Notes: generated by a model from the letters alone, not told the origin. Counted from the stretch's first letter, positions 14,661 to 46,920 are shown. The stretch: DNA of 64,000 nt from Mytilus californianus (GCF_021869535.1 NW_026262696.1:806001-870000), one strand, 5' to 3'. Made by a program: numbers and translations.

Positions 14661-15500
14661 ATTTCCCTATTGGATAACTTAAATGTGACTTTTTCCGGCA
14701 ATTTGTCACAACAGATTCGGAATAACTTTTTAAAGATTATTGAAACACAATGTACAAAATCAAAGAAAACAATAGTAATAACCTCTCTGGTTGTCACAAA
14801 TAACAAAAAAACAATTAAATTAACAACAATATAATAGAATAGTGTAAAAACAGAAATAACCATTGAAAGCGATCTCAAATAAACGATTTCAATGTGAAAA
14901 TGCTAATTGAAATCTGGCTTGCACAGTGATAGAACTGAAAGGATTGAGGATTAAATAAGAATAAAACGTTCGGACCACAATAGATTATTTTCGTAATACC
15001 AACTTTTGACTCCAGTTTTTATCATTTTTCAACAGGTTGCCTACTCTGTTGTAGGATATAATGGTACCCAGTCAAGTAAGAGCAACCAAAAGAAGTAAAA
15101 TAAAACATTTAATCGGTGCATTTTGGGAGGAAGGTTTACTGTTTTCCGATGACTTTGCCGTGTATAGAAAACATAAAACAGTTAATTTCCCCCCCCCCTA
15201 AATTGTACCGATCGTTAGCTTGATTTTACTTCTTCAGGTTTCTATTTGTACATTCAAAAATAGTCGCGATTTTGTGATAAGTAGTAATTATTAACATTTT
15301 AGTGTTTCAGTGATTTTTGTTTTGAACACTACATAACGCAAAAAAGGGCAATTTTACGGAAATTTCATCATACGATTTTCTTAATGCATGTTTCAAAATA
15401 AAAGTTAAACATTTATTCTTTCATTTTTAATCATTTCCATGTGCGTGTTCTTTTGATGCTTTAAACTCTTAAACTACGCCTCTTTTTAGATTTTTCCGCT

Positions 15501-15830
15501 GCACTATATTGATATTGTCATAATTATAAATTAACTGTTTACAAAACTTTAAATTTTTCGAAAAAACGAAGGGTTTTCTAACCCAGGAATAAACTACCTT
15601 AGCTGTATGTTGCAAAACTTTTAGGAATTTTTGGTCATCAATGCTCTTCTTCTTTTTACTTTATTTGGCCTTTTTAACTTTTTTGATTCGACCGTCACTG
15701 ATGAGCCATTTGTGGACGAAACGCGCGTCTGGCGTACAAATTTTAATTCTGGTATCAGTGGTGAGTTTTTTTACAACCACTGGGTTGATGCCACGGCTGG
15801 TAGAGTGTTTCTTCCCGATGTTTTTCAAGT
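15501..15830 (+). mobile_element. Retrozyme-type repeat family R1 copy
   Basis: Homologous to 11751-12085 and contains the intact hammerhead below. Confidence 0.75.
15693..15734 (+). ncRNA. Type I minimal hammerhead ribozyme, catalytic core intact
   Basis: Stem I CGTCA/TGGCG, CTGATGA (15698-15704), stem II GCCA-tttg-TGGAC, GAAA (15718-15721), palindromic stem III CGCGCG, GTC cleavage triplet ending at 15729. Confidence 0.8.
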
Positions 15831-16020
15831 GCTCTGGTATACTTTCCGTTTCTGCTCCTACAATAGAATCTGCCATGTTGCTCATGACAAGTGTAAATTG
15901 GTTTTACGTGATATTCGGTAATGTCATCAACAACAAATAATTTAGGAGGACCGGGTTTTTTACTTTAATGTTCACTAGTTGAACGCTAGTTAGCATGTAA
16001 AAATAAAAAAAAAACTTTAT

Positions 16021-16335
16021 GGGTCCGAAACTCTTTTCTGTGTGTACCTTCACCAGGAAAGCTCAAAGCCAAATATTTGAAAGACAGGGATGTATTAATA
16101 CCGAAACACGTGATAGGTTATATTATCACAAATGACCTTAAAGTAATAACCACATCCACTTAATGTCAACTTTGCCTGATGGAGTTGAAACCTTAGTTCC
16201 TTAATAATTTATAGATTTATAAATTGACGATTTCAGAAAGGTATGTAACAATTCATGTCAATACAAAAGCACTAACTACTGAGCTGATGATACCCTCAGG
16301 GACTGAGTGTCCACCTGATATCAACCCAGTGCTAT
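16021..16335 (-). mobile_element. Retrozyme-type repeat family R2 copy, core mutated (CTGGTGA)
   Basis: Colinear with 54425-54735. Confidence 0.6.
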
Positions 16336-16458
16336 AAAAGCTAGAAAAACACTTTAAGAATGGTTTGAGTAGATGTAGACAGATATCCTTCACTCAAAAT
16401 ATTATAGGACGCACATACACAAGAAACAATAGAACGTAGCATAAACATATACTTTGTG

Positions 16459-16464
16459 TTTATT
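16459..16464 (-). terminator. Probable polyadenylation signal of Col-A (AATAAA)
   Basis: tttatt on plus strand about 55 nt downstream of the stop codon. Confidence 0.45.
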
Positions 16465-16517
16465 ATTAAACAAATAATACGTATAAATAAAATATTGTGT
16501 GTTTATCTCCTGTGTTT

Positions 16518-36864
<20,347 letters not shown>

Positions 36865-37585
36865 GTTGGTCCGTCGAAGTTGGGGGTACAGACTGAAAAA
36901 ATAGCTTTTATACTCAAATATGAACTAAATGTACAATGTAGTAACAGATGCTGGCGACGTAATCCGTAAAACAGATTTGATTTACTTATCAGAAAAAAAC
37001 AATTACTTTAGGATAACAGTTAGAACAATGAACTAGCGTATTAAATACAATAATACATGATTAAATACTTGTTGTAAGGGAATATCAAAAGAAATGAACT
37101 GGTCATGTCCGATTAACATCTGATCAGCATTTTTTTCTCTCATTCACACGAACATGTTACCCAGTTCATTAAAAAAAAAACCACTGCAAACAATAAATTG
37201 TATGCATGTATCACGTTTTCATTCTTCGCCAATCCTAAAAAATACAACTATTTCTGTGAACTTAATTGAGTTTAATTTCGTTGAATTTATCTACTTTATT
37301 TATTTAATTCGTTAAAATATTTCACTGGCTTAGTGCATAAGTGCGTTCTAGAACCTTTCAAATGTTTTCAATTATAAGAAAGTACTTGGACAAAGTGTGA
37401 TTTTATCTTAAGAATAAAATATCTTGTAATAACAAAATTTTGAAAGAAAAATCACAATACAGAGAAAAATTAGGAGAATTGTATACGGAAAGAACAGAAA
37501 ATCTCTCAAATGCATGCAAGCATTCACCCCCAAGAAATATGAAATACAGTTTGACATCTTTTTTCTTGCTCCCATATGTGTTTAG

Positions 37586-37894
37586 TTAGAGGTATAGGGG
37601 GGTTTGAGATGTCACAAAACATGTTTAATCCCGCCGCTTTATTTGCGTCTGTCCCAAGTCAGGAACCTCCGGCCTTTGTTAGTCTTTGGTTCATTTATAC
37701 GTTTCGGAGTTTAGTGTGACGTCCATCTTTGCTGAACTAGTATACATTATTGTTTAGGGGCCAACTGAAACCCGCCTCCGGGAGCGGAATTTTCTTGCTG
37801 TGGTGTAGACCATTGGTGGCCTTGGGCTGTTTTCTGCTCTTTGGTCGGGTTGTTGTCTCTTTGACGCATTCCCCGTTTCTATTCTCAATTTTAT
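37586..37894 (+). mobile_element. Family A copy
   Basis: Aligns to 38305-38630. Confidence 0.75.
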
Positions 37895-38094
37895 TAGATC
37901 TATTATGAATGATATTTTCAACATTTTATTAGATAGTTTGGGTTTCAACAAATTATGAGGTGTAAAGCATTTCTATCTATAAGTATCCGTGGTGTATTAA
38001 TTATTCAATATCTGTAAAGAATATCTAACAAATTAACGGAAAATTCTTATCTGTCCAAAAATGTGTTTTCGTACATGTACCTATCTATATTATT

Positions 38095-38630
38095 TAAGCA
38101 TTCTTCTGAAGACATAATCTTTCAATCAGTTTAATTGAGGTTTGGAGCTGGCATGTCAGTAACTGCTAGTAGTCCTTTGTTCATTTATGTATCATTGTCG
38201 TTTTGCTTAGTTTCTTTTTTTCCTATTCTGACATCGGACTCGGACTTCTTTTAAACTGAGTTTTACTGTGCGTATTGCTATGTGTTTCTTTTTTCTACAT
38301 TGACTAGAGGTATAGGGGAGGGTTGAGATCTCACAAAACATGTTTAACCCCGCCGCATTTTTGCGCATGTCCCAAGTCAGGAGCCTCTGGCCTTTGTTAG
38401 TCTTGTATGTTTTTTTTAATTTTAGTTTATTTGTGTGTTTTGGAGTTAAGTGTGACGTCCATTTTCACTGAACTAGCACACAATTTTATTTAGGGGCCAG
38501 CTGAGGACCACCTCCGGGTGCGGAATTTTCTCGCTGCATTGAAGACCCATTGGTGGCCTTCGGCTGTTGTCTGCTCTTTGGTCGGGTTGTTGTCTCTTTG
38601 ACATATTCCCCATTTCCATTCTCAATTTTA
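38095..38630 (+). mobile_element. Interspersed retroposon 3' end, family A (longest copy)
   Basis: Common 3' end ...gacacattccccatttccattctcaattttat with variable 5' truncation among copies. Confidence 0.75.
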
Positions 38631-39920
38631 TTCGTACATTGTGATAACAAAAAGATCTGGATATTTTTATTTATCAAATCTACAGAGGGTAGTGGTATAC
38701 TTTATTGAAATTGTCTTCGAAAGTAGAGACATATGTGTATTATCAATTACAGTACATGATCAGTGTGATTTTTGCTGTAGAATCAAAAGGGTATAAATAT
38801 AATGGCCCCTATTTTTTACTGAAATTTCAAACTAGGATTTAATACCATTATTAAAAAATTTCAGAGTTCAAACAATGACAAGATAGAAAAAGGGTCTGTT
38901 TCAAATTTATGCTCCAGTGTTTTTTTTTTAGACGACGTCAAAATTAGAATTTAGACTAATTCATCTGTCCATCAAATTTCTATTTGTTTTTAGTACAGAA
39001 CGCACATAGTGCATGCGTCGACAAAACGATCGTATAGCATTCTTTTTTAGGTAAATCCTAGAAATTTCGTTCAATCGCTCCACTCGTTGAACATTATTCG
39101 TGATTTTGTTTCCAATGTTTTTTAAGGAATCTCTTCTTTAATAAAATTCTAAATGTGTTATATTAGGTTTTCATTGTATTTGTTTAAGTACATTTCCTAA
39201 AGCCATTAAAAACGTACAAATGCCAATTGGGTTGTAAATATTCTAAAATAAAAATAAACTATATAATGTGCATCGCTATGTTCATGTGCCCGTCTCAAGT
39301 CGGGGAGCTCGTTGTCGTGGTCCACGCTCCTTTAGGGAATTTGGTGTTGATTACTGATCTTTGACCGCACATTTGTATTTGCTAAATGTTTTTTTTTTAC
39401 TTTCTGTATAGACTCATGGCAATTCAGAGTTTGACTTATTCTTTAGAAAATTTCCTATTTTTAAATCCATCTAGAAGTCAAGAAACAGGGGTTTTGTTAA
39501 ATTCTAGATGGATTCTATAAGTTTTGTGTTAAAAAAGACGAATAAGTACATTAAATAAATTAGAGTTGTCTCTCTTTTTATAGCTGTCATTTATAAGTGC
39601 GAATACTCTCAGATCTGTATTTGGTGTCTTTTGTGTTGTAGGGAGGGGGGTTGGCGCCAGCAACTAGTCTAACCCCGCAACATTCTGTATATGCCTGTCC
39701 CAAGCCAGGAGCCTGTAATTCAGTGGTTGTCGTTCGTTGCTGTATATCATATTTGTTTTTCATTTATTTATTTGTACATAAATCAGGCCGTTAGTTTTTG
39801 GTCTCTGGTGGAGAGTTGTCTCATTGGCAATCATACCACATCTTCTTATTTTTATAACATATCAAAATAACTTTGATTTTGCACGGCAGTCATTAAACTT
39901 AGCATGGTGTTATTTAAACA

Positions 39921-40085
39921 TATGCGGTGGACTCGTTGTAGCGTGTTCACCTCGAGTGCGGGAAGATGTGGATTCGAACCCCGATCGGGTCAAACAAAAA
40001 AAATTAGAATTGATATTTGCTGCTTCTCCGCTAAGCACGCGGCATTAAGGAGCAAGAGCAAAGACTGTTCGGCTCGGAATCAAAA
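39921..40085 (+). mobile_element. tRNA-derived SINE, 3'-truncated (core resembles Meta-type SINEs, tentative)
   Basis: tRNA-like head with B box ggattcgaacccc, then gcttctccgctaagcacgcggcattaaggagcaagagcaaagactg. Confidence 0.65.
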
Positions 40086-40480
40086 TAAATAAATATATTT
40101 GTTAAACAGTTTATGCCATTTTTATCTGTATTTGGAACAGAATTAAACGACTGCTACAAAATTATTTCAAAAATAATTTTACCTCAAAATTACACATACC
40201 AATACAGTAATTAGTATACCAACCATCTCATTTATTGAACGCTTGAAGTAGTTAGTTCTTTCCTGATTGTATTCTTGGCAATTTCCTTTTTGTTCTTTTC
40301 AAAAATATTGCAATTTACTGTGAAGGACGCAGATTTCATTGAAAACCATTGCAATAGTGGGATTAATGATATTGGCATCTACACAGTTCTTTGCCATTTT
40401 TCAGTAAATGCAATATATATACGAGTTGTCTTTTGGTTTGCGTCTTTTGATGTAGTAGCGTCGGTGTGCATGTACCTCTA

Positions 40481-40850
40481 ATTTCAATGAGCAACAAAGG
40501 TGAGGATTACCTTGTTTGCATTGGATATCCAAACTTCACAAAGCTCCGTACTTACAACGGCACATTTCCGGCTTGTCTGCATGTTCTAACCAGGAATTGT
40601 CCGTTAGATTAACAAAAATTTTGTCCGCAGAGAAAGAGAGATAACAGAATTGTTGTGAAACTGTTTACTCGCGTCGGCATTAATCATATGTGGATTCTTA
40701 AGAACTCAAAGGAACTTCTGGAAAAATTAAATCTCGGTAATTTTCTGCAATAAATTCTATCAAAACCTTCGATTTGTTCACCCTTTACACCACTATACTA
40801 CATGAAAAATTGAAACCCGTCCTATAGAAATAGTCCACAGTGCATTCCTG
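40481..40850 (+). pseudogene. Penelope-like (Naiad-type) reverse transcriptase remnant, part 1
   Basis: LPCLHWISKLHKAPY...CETVYSR..INHMWILKNSKELL...SIKTFDLFTLYTTILHEKLK...HSAF: PLE RT motifs with stops and frameshifts. Confidence 0.75.
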
Positions 40851-40854
40851 TAAT

Positions 40855-41545
40855 AGTTATACACCGAGGGATAGGTGTGTCTGGATAAGAAACCCCGTCG
40901 GCCGGAGGCCGGAGGGGTTTCTTATCCAGACACGCCGTATTCCGAGGTGTATAACTAACTTACACCCCATTCTAAACTATATTTGTTAACAATTATTATT
41001 AAATGAAAAAAGCACGATAGCATATTTATTGACAATATCAAACCATGATTTATAAGAAAAACATTTTTTTTTACATGAAACCCCACTAGTAACCTTTCTT
41101 TGGGTATCTTCGTTCAAACTTTGACAAGTGAGTATATTTTACAAATGTCAAAGTTGTTTTGCATATTCCCGTTAAATCCATGTGCTAATATGGATCAGCA
41201 GGTCAAGGTTGACTGTTTCGTGTATTCTTAATACAAACAAAAAAATACATCATGCTCCTGGTATACAGTTGTCAATATGGACGGGTATAAGACGGACGAC
41301 ATTTTGAGTCAAGCGTTGGATTTGGTAGAAGAGACTACAGATAAAGGCAATGGTACAACCCAAAGTACTTACCTGTATCAGTTTAATAAAGGTAATCATA
41401 ACTGTATTTTATATTTTACGATTTTATCAAAAACAAAAGCCCCCCCCCCCCCCCTTTATTCTCGAGAATAAACAAACATTCATATTCGAACATACTAAGG
41501 GATAGGTGTGTCTGCATTAGAAACCCGACTACCAGACACGCTCAA
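40855..41545. mobile_element. Hairpin-ended non-autonomous element (Crypton-like, tentative)
   Basis: ~100-bp hairpin at 40855-40956; its arm gggataggtgtgtctg recurs at about 41498; short ORF MDGYKTDDILSQALDLVEE. Confidence 0.4.
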
Positions 41546-42398
41546 CATACAATATTTAATATAGAGGAACTCCCTTTAAGGGCAATCAGGGGCTGATCCA
41601 GCCGGGGGTTCCCAACTCAAGAGAAAAAGGGGGTGGGGGTTCCAACCATTCAAATGCATTGATCTTTTAAATAAAAGTCGGGTCCAACCCGCGGAACCCC
41701 CAACCCCTGATCGGCCACTGGGTAACCAGGGGGGGGGGGGGGGGGTCCGGGAGTTAGAATCCCATTTTTTTTAAAAGATCAATGCTTTAGAATAGAGACA
41801 TATGACTGGGATAAAAAAAAAATACCTTCGAGCAAAAGAGTATTTAAAGGATTATTTTTGTATTCCATGTAGATGCTTATTGGAATTTCCTAAAATGTGT
41901 TTTTTTTTTAATATCATGAAACAATTTGTAGTGAATACTATTAGTAATTTCTTATGTTCATGCTATTTAGAAAATAATCAATTTCTATTGTTACGAATAA
42001 CAATGGACTTTGTTTGCGGGATGTAGAAGCAGGGGTTTCCAGAAACCCCGCTCGTCACACCCTGTGGTCAAAATCCATTGTTATTCGTAACAATAGATCT
42101 ATTCAATTTACACTTGTTTCAGAAATAGAAACTATGAAGTATAACAATAGAACTGGGGTGTAACTATAATTAAACCATTGTGGTGACGTCAGCCTATTCA
42201 TTTACCGTGGATTCTTTTTCTAGAATCAACGCTTCCTAAATCTGCCGCTGAAATGGACTCACCAAACTATATTCAATTGTTTCCTTTGTGTGTCTTATTT
42301 CATTAAGTTTGAATTGGCTAATTTACTGATTTCTGTTCACTAATGAAATTAATTTAAAAACTTACCTTTAATTTTTGTAATTTGTATATGCCTTCACT

Positions 42399-42650
42399 GG
42401 GAATCGAACCCTTCCTTGAAATCTGTTATGAATGACTGACATCAACACATCGACGAAACCTCTCGGCTACCAATGGGTTACAACTTAGATGTCTATTTTA
42501 TATATATAAATGAACATCGGACACACAGGGGTTGTACCTTTATATATACACAATGGGCAGTCGTATAGTATAAGGTGGAAGCCGCGAGGTTAGCATGCTT
42601 AAAATCAACGAGTCAAAAGATAGGAATTTGTCGGTGTAGGTTCGAATCCC
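42399..42650. promoter_or_regulatory. Divergent pair of tRNA-like Pol III A/B-box promoters
   Basis: Minus: A TGGTAGCCGAGAGGTT (42472-42457), B GGTTCGATTCCC (42410-42399). Plus: A TGGAAGCCGCGAGGTT (42576-42591), B GGTTCGAATCCC (42639-42650). Confidence 0.5.
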
Positions 42651-43211
42651 TGTATTATCTCTGTTGTCCCAATTCTGTTTTTTGTAATAATAGCGAGTTT
42701 TACCGTTTATTTTTTGGATTATTATTGGCTATTTCACATGTTTGAAACAAAAATGATTACATTCTATTTGTCAATTTTTGTTGTATAAATATAGTATGAT
42801 TTCATCTGTTTTACTACATAATTTTACAAATGTTTGTTCGCAAATTCTTTTGCGAGAAAATCGTGATGTGCCTAGAGTGCTAGAAATTTCGGTAACATAC
42901 TTATCATATATACTTTATATATGCTCTTTGGTCGGGTTGTTGTCTCTTTGACACATTCCCCATTTCCATACTCAATTTTATTAGAAATAAGTTCGAATAT
43001 GTCTTATTTTGTAAAAACAGATAATATTCAGATGCCTGATAATATAAAGATCTTTAAAGGTAGAAGTGCTATATTTGTATTTTGTTAACCAAAAATTAAT
43101 TGTGATCTGAGATTTATCAATGCATCGTTGGACACGATAGCATGGTTTACAATACCTTCTAATTAAGAAAAGGCTTTAATTTTGAAAAGAAATTAACCCA
43201 ATAGTTTAAGT

Positions 43212-43314
43212 TATAGATACAATGGATAAGCGTAGATTCATGAAAAACAAACCATTCGCCCTCCGGGCTCATGGTTTCTTTTTCAAGAATCCACGCTTAT
43301 CCATTGTATCTATA
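43212..43314. repeat. ~100-bp imperfect hairpin
   Basis: tatagatacaatggataagcgt..aaaccat / atggtt..acgcttatccattgtatctata, loop tcgccctccgggctc. Confidence 0.8.
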
Positions 43315-43321
43315 TAAGATA

Positions 43322-43741
43322 TTGTACCATACGCTACACATGTATTATTTTGGGATATAATTCGTCATATTTCGTTAAAAATTAGCCCCAAATATAAAAC
43401 ATGTTACACCGAAGAACAAGTGATCAGTTTGCTGGAGTTTCTCATTGACAACATATTTGTTAAATTTGGATGTAGAATATTCCAGCAGGTTGTCAGCATT
43501 CCAATGGTCACCAACTGTACCCCTCTCCTGGCCGATCTTTTCTTATTTTTATATGAGTCGGAGTTCCTTCAGACAAGACTATCAGAGATCCTTAATCATT
43601 TCTTTTCACATACAGGTATATTGATGATGTTATTTCCATTAACAATCCAAACTTTTCTGATTGGGTCCCAGTTATATATCCTCCTGAACTAGAGATTAAA
43701 GAAAACACAGATACAGCTTCCTCCACCTCCTTTCTAAACAT
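43322..43741 (+). pseudogene. Naiad-type RT remnant, part 2
   Basis: RYTCIILGYNSSYFVK..LEFLIDNIFVKFGCRIFQQVVSIPMVTNCTPLLADLFL...YRYIDDVISINNPNF...YPPELEIKE (YIDD catalytic motif), frameshifted. Confidence 0.85.
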
Positions 43742-44140
43742 GAACACCGGACTCTGACATCTTTTAAAATGAGTTTTACCGTTGGATTTGTTGTGAGTTT
43801 GTTAATACCACATTGACAAGAGTTATAGGAGGAGGGTTGAGATCTCAAAATACATGTTTAACCCCGCCGCATTTTATAGCGACTGTCCCAAGTCAGGAAC
43901 TTCAAGCCTCTGTTAGTCTTGTGGGATTTCTTTTAATTATGGTCCAGTGCATGTTTCTGAGTTTAGTGTGGGGTCCATTTAGCTGAATTAGTGTATGTTA
44001 TTGTTTATGGGTGTCAGCTGAAGCCAGCCTCCGGATGCCGGATTTTCTCGCTGCGTTGAAGACTCATTGGTGGCCTTGGGCTGTTTTCTTCTCTTTGGTC
44101 GGCTTGTTGTCTCTTTGACACATTCTTCGTTTCCATTCTC
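43742..44140 (+). mobile_element. Family A copy inserted into the Naiad RT
   Basis: Aligns to 38230-38625; the RT frame resumes on the far side. Confidence 0.75.
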
Positions 44141-44970
44141 TACCGCGAATTTGAATACAACGCCCATTTCAGTATCAGAATCTTTGACTAACAGACGATT
44201 TCAATTTTTAAATTATGAATTGTCTCAACTTAGCAGTAATATATAAACTTCATCCGCATATGAAGTATAAATTTCAGAACTCATACGATATCCAAGAGCT
44301 TGTAGCTGTTACTCAGACTGTGTAAAACGTCATCGGTGTCTGGGTAATACATTAATGAGCCAGGGTTTTGTCAAAGAACGTCTTGTCCTTTTTTTTCAAA
44401 AGGTTCATCGTTAAGTACATGTAGCAAGACCTGATAGATAAATATTCAATGTCTTTTTCATTAATTCTATGTGCTGAAGTTGTGTATCGTTTTGGTATTC
44501 ACTTTACAGTTTCCCCCTTATTTGGCACTGTGCTGTTATGTACCGTTTTGGTCGTATGACTCTTGGCATGACTCGGTATTTATGTATCTAGCTTTCGGGT
44601 TTTAGGTGATCCTGGTGCAGATGGGTCCAGAGGTGCAATTTGAACGAAAAAGATTTTTACAGTGTTGTTTTTATTTTGTCAAACCTTTGTCATAATAACC
44701 GATTATGTCTTTTGGGGTTGCTCACCTAATTTTGTCAATGTAACGGAACTATAAACAAATGTCATATAAGTGGGAGGTTTATCTAGCTACAACACCAGGT
44801 TTAACCCACCATTTTCTTTGGAAAATGCCTGTACTAAGTGAAGAATATGACAGTTCTTTTCCATTCGTTCTGTTTGTTCATAAAGTTCAACGTTTGATTT
44901 TTTTCAATTTTTATGGACTTCCCCCTTTTTTGAATTTGCCTTAGAGTTCGGTAATTTTGTTATACTTTAT
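44141..44970 (+). mobile_element. Naiad-type RT remnant, part 3, plus 3' end
   Basis: Decayed DFNF..SSN..AY...ISELIRYPRACSCYSD; the 3' tail aligns with 58690-58990. Confidence 0.75.
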
Positions 44971-45930
44971 TACAGTCCTTAATTGTAAAGGCAGTCTTTA
45001 GTACAACAGGGCAATTGTGAAACATCATAATACAAACAGATACGATTATTAAAATACATCAGTATACATGATATATGAGTAATATGACTGGCTCGTGACC
45101 ACGAACACAAACCTTGAAACTATAGGATGATTTTGATTCACGCATTATTATATTAATGGAAAAAAGCTTCTGTCAAAGTTTCATATGATTCTAAGAAGGT
45201 TTTATAAAGTTATTGATGTCTAAAACAAAATAACTCCCACATGTATCTAAATGTTTACTGCAAAACAAAACAAAGTCCTTTTATCAGAAAAATACGGGAA
45301 TATGAAAATATCCAAGTTTCATAAAATTCCATGAAGATTTGACAAAGTTATTGATGTCTCAAAAACTTTATCCTTAAACTGTATCTTAATGTTAATTGTG
45401 AAAACTTAAGTCAATTTATTAGTAAAATACGGAAAAGGAAAAAAAAGGTTTCAAAGATTTTACTGTCGAAACGATCATTTGATCATTAAAATGGTTTTGC
45501 GCAAGTTTATTAAATTCAACATAGTTATAATTTTATTAATGCCTAACAAAATCGTTAACCGCAGACTGAACCTAATTGTTGACGACGCTACCGACGCCGA
45601 CAGAATGTAGGATCTGTTTGTCTAGCTTCCATGACAAAATGTCGCAGGCTCAACAAAAAGATAAAAGGAATTACTCAAACTATTGGATAATACTACATAT
45701 ATATGTATCACAACAAAACCCGGGTCCTCCGAAAAAATAGATGTACAAAACAAGACACAACACCGAAGAACACTCGACTTGATAAAGACTCATAATGTGG
45801 TGCGGTTAAACCATTGTTACGAGTTTTCTCAATGCAGACAATCACATTTGGACAGTCTTATTTGCAAGTTCTCAGTCCTCTCCGTATTGATTTTTGATAT
45901 AACAAAGGTACCAGAAATTACTGGTGGACC

Positions 45931-46440
45931 TGTTTGTCTTTTCGTCATGTATCGTATTTGTGCCGTGGCATTGTTATTTTGTCTTTTCGTCATGTTTCGT
46001 ATTTGTGCCGTGGCATTGTTAGTTTGTCTTTTCGTCATGTTTCGTATTTGTGCCGTGGCATTGTTAGTTTGTCTTTTCGTCATGTTTCGTATTTGTGCCG
46101 TGGCATTGTAAGTTTGTCTTTTCGTCATGTTTCGTATTTGTGCCGTGGCATTGTTAGTTTGTCTTTTCGTCATGTTTCGTATTTGCGCCGTGGCATTGTT
46201 AGTTTGTCTTTTCGTCATGTTTCGTATTTGTGCCGTGGCATTGTTATTTTGTCTTTTCGTCATGTTTCGTATTTGTGCCGTGGCATTGTTAGTTTGTCTT
46301 TTCGTCATGTTTCGTATTTGTGCCGTGGCATTGTTAGTTTGTCTTTTCGTCATGTTTCGTATTTGTGCCGTGGCATTGTTAGTTTGTCTTTTCGTCATGT
46401 TTCGTATTTGTGCCGTGGCATTGTTATTTTGTCTTTGTTT
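45931..46440. repeat. 45-bp tandem array, 11 copies
   Basis: Unit ttgtcttttcgtcatgtttcgtatttgtgccgtggcattgttagt; gtctt at 45936, 45981, 46026 ... 46431. Confidence 0.97.
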
Positions 46441-46453
46441 CGTTGTCCTTTTG

Positions 46454-46920
46454 TATAAAACAACAGATAACACCTACATGTACCACAAACATCGGATTGT
46501 TTTCTATAAAACAACAGATAACACCAACATGTACCACGAACATCGGATTGTTTTCTATAAAACAACAGATAACACCAACATGTACCACGAACATCGGATT
46601 GTTTTCTATAAAACAACAGATAACACCAACATGTACCAAAAAGATCGGATTGTTTTCTATAAAACAACAGATAACACCAACATGTACCACAAACATCGGA
46701 TTCTTTTCTATAAAACAACAGATAACACCAACATGTACCACAAACATCGGATTCTTTTCTATAAAACAACAGATAACACCAACAAGTACCACAAAAATCG
46801 GATTCTTTTCTATAAAACAACAGATAACACCAACATGTACCACAAAAATTGGATTCTTTTCTATAAAACAACAGATAACACCAACATGTACCACAAACAT
46901 CGGATTCTTGTCTATAAAAG
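46454..46920. repeat. 51-bp tandem array, 9 copies
   Basis: Unit tataaaacaacagataacaccaacatgtaccacaaacatcggattsttttc; starts at 46454, 46505, 46556 ... 46913. Confidence 0.97.

Noticed and set aside
39921-39995. tRNA gene
   Set aside because: The A box is degenerate and the sequence runs into a SINE core, so it is a SINE head.
40505-40560. Minus-strand donor-like sites as a Col-A 5' UTR exon
   Set aside because: They fall inside the plus-strand Naiad RT remnant. Col-A has an acceptor at 36893, but its upstream non-coding exon could not be located.
45931-46920. CRISPR-like array
   Set aside because: Units are contiguous with no unique spacers, there are no cas genes, and the context is eukaryotic.
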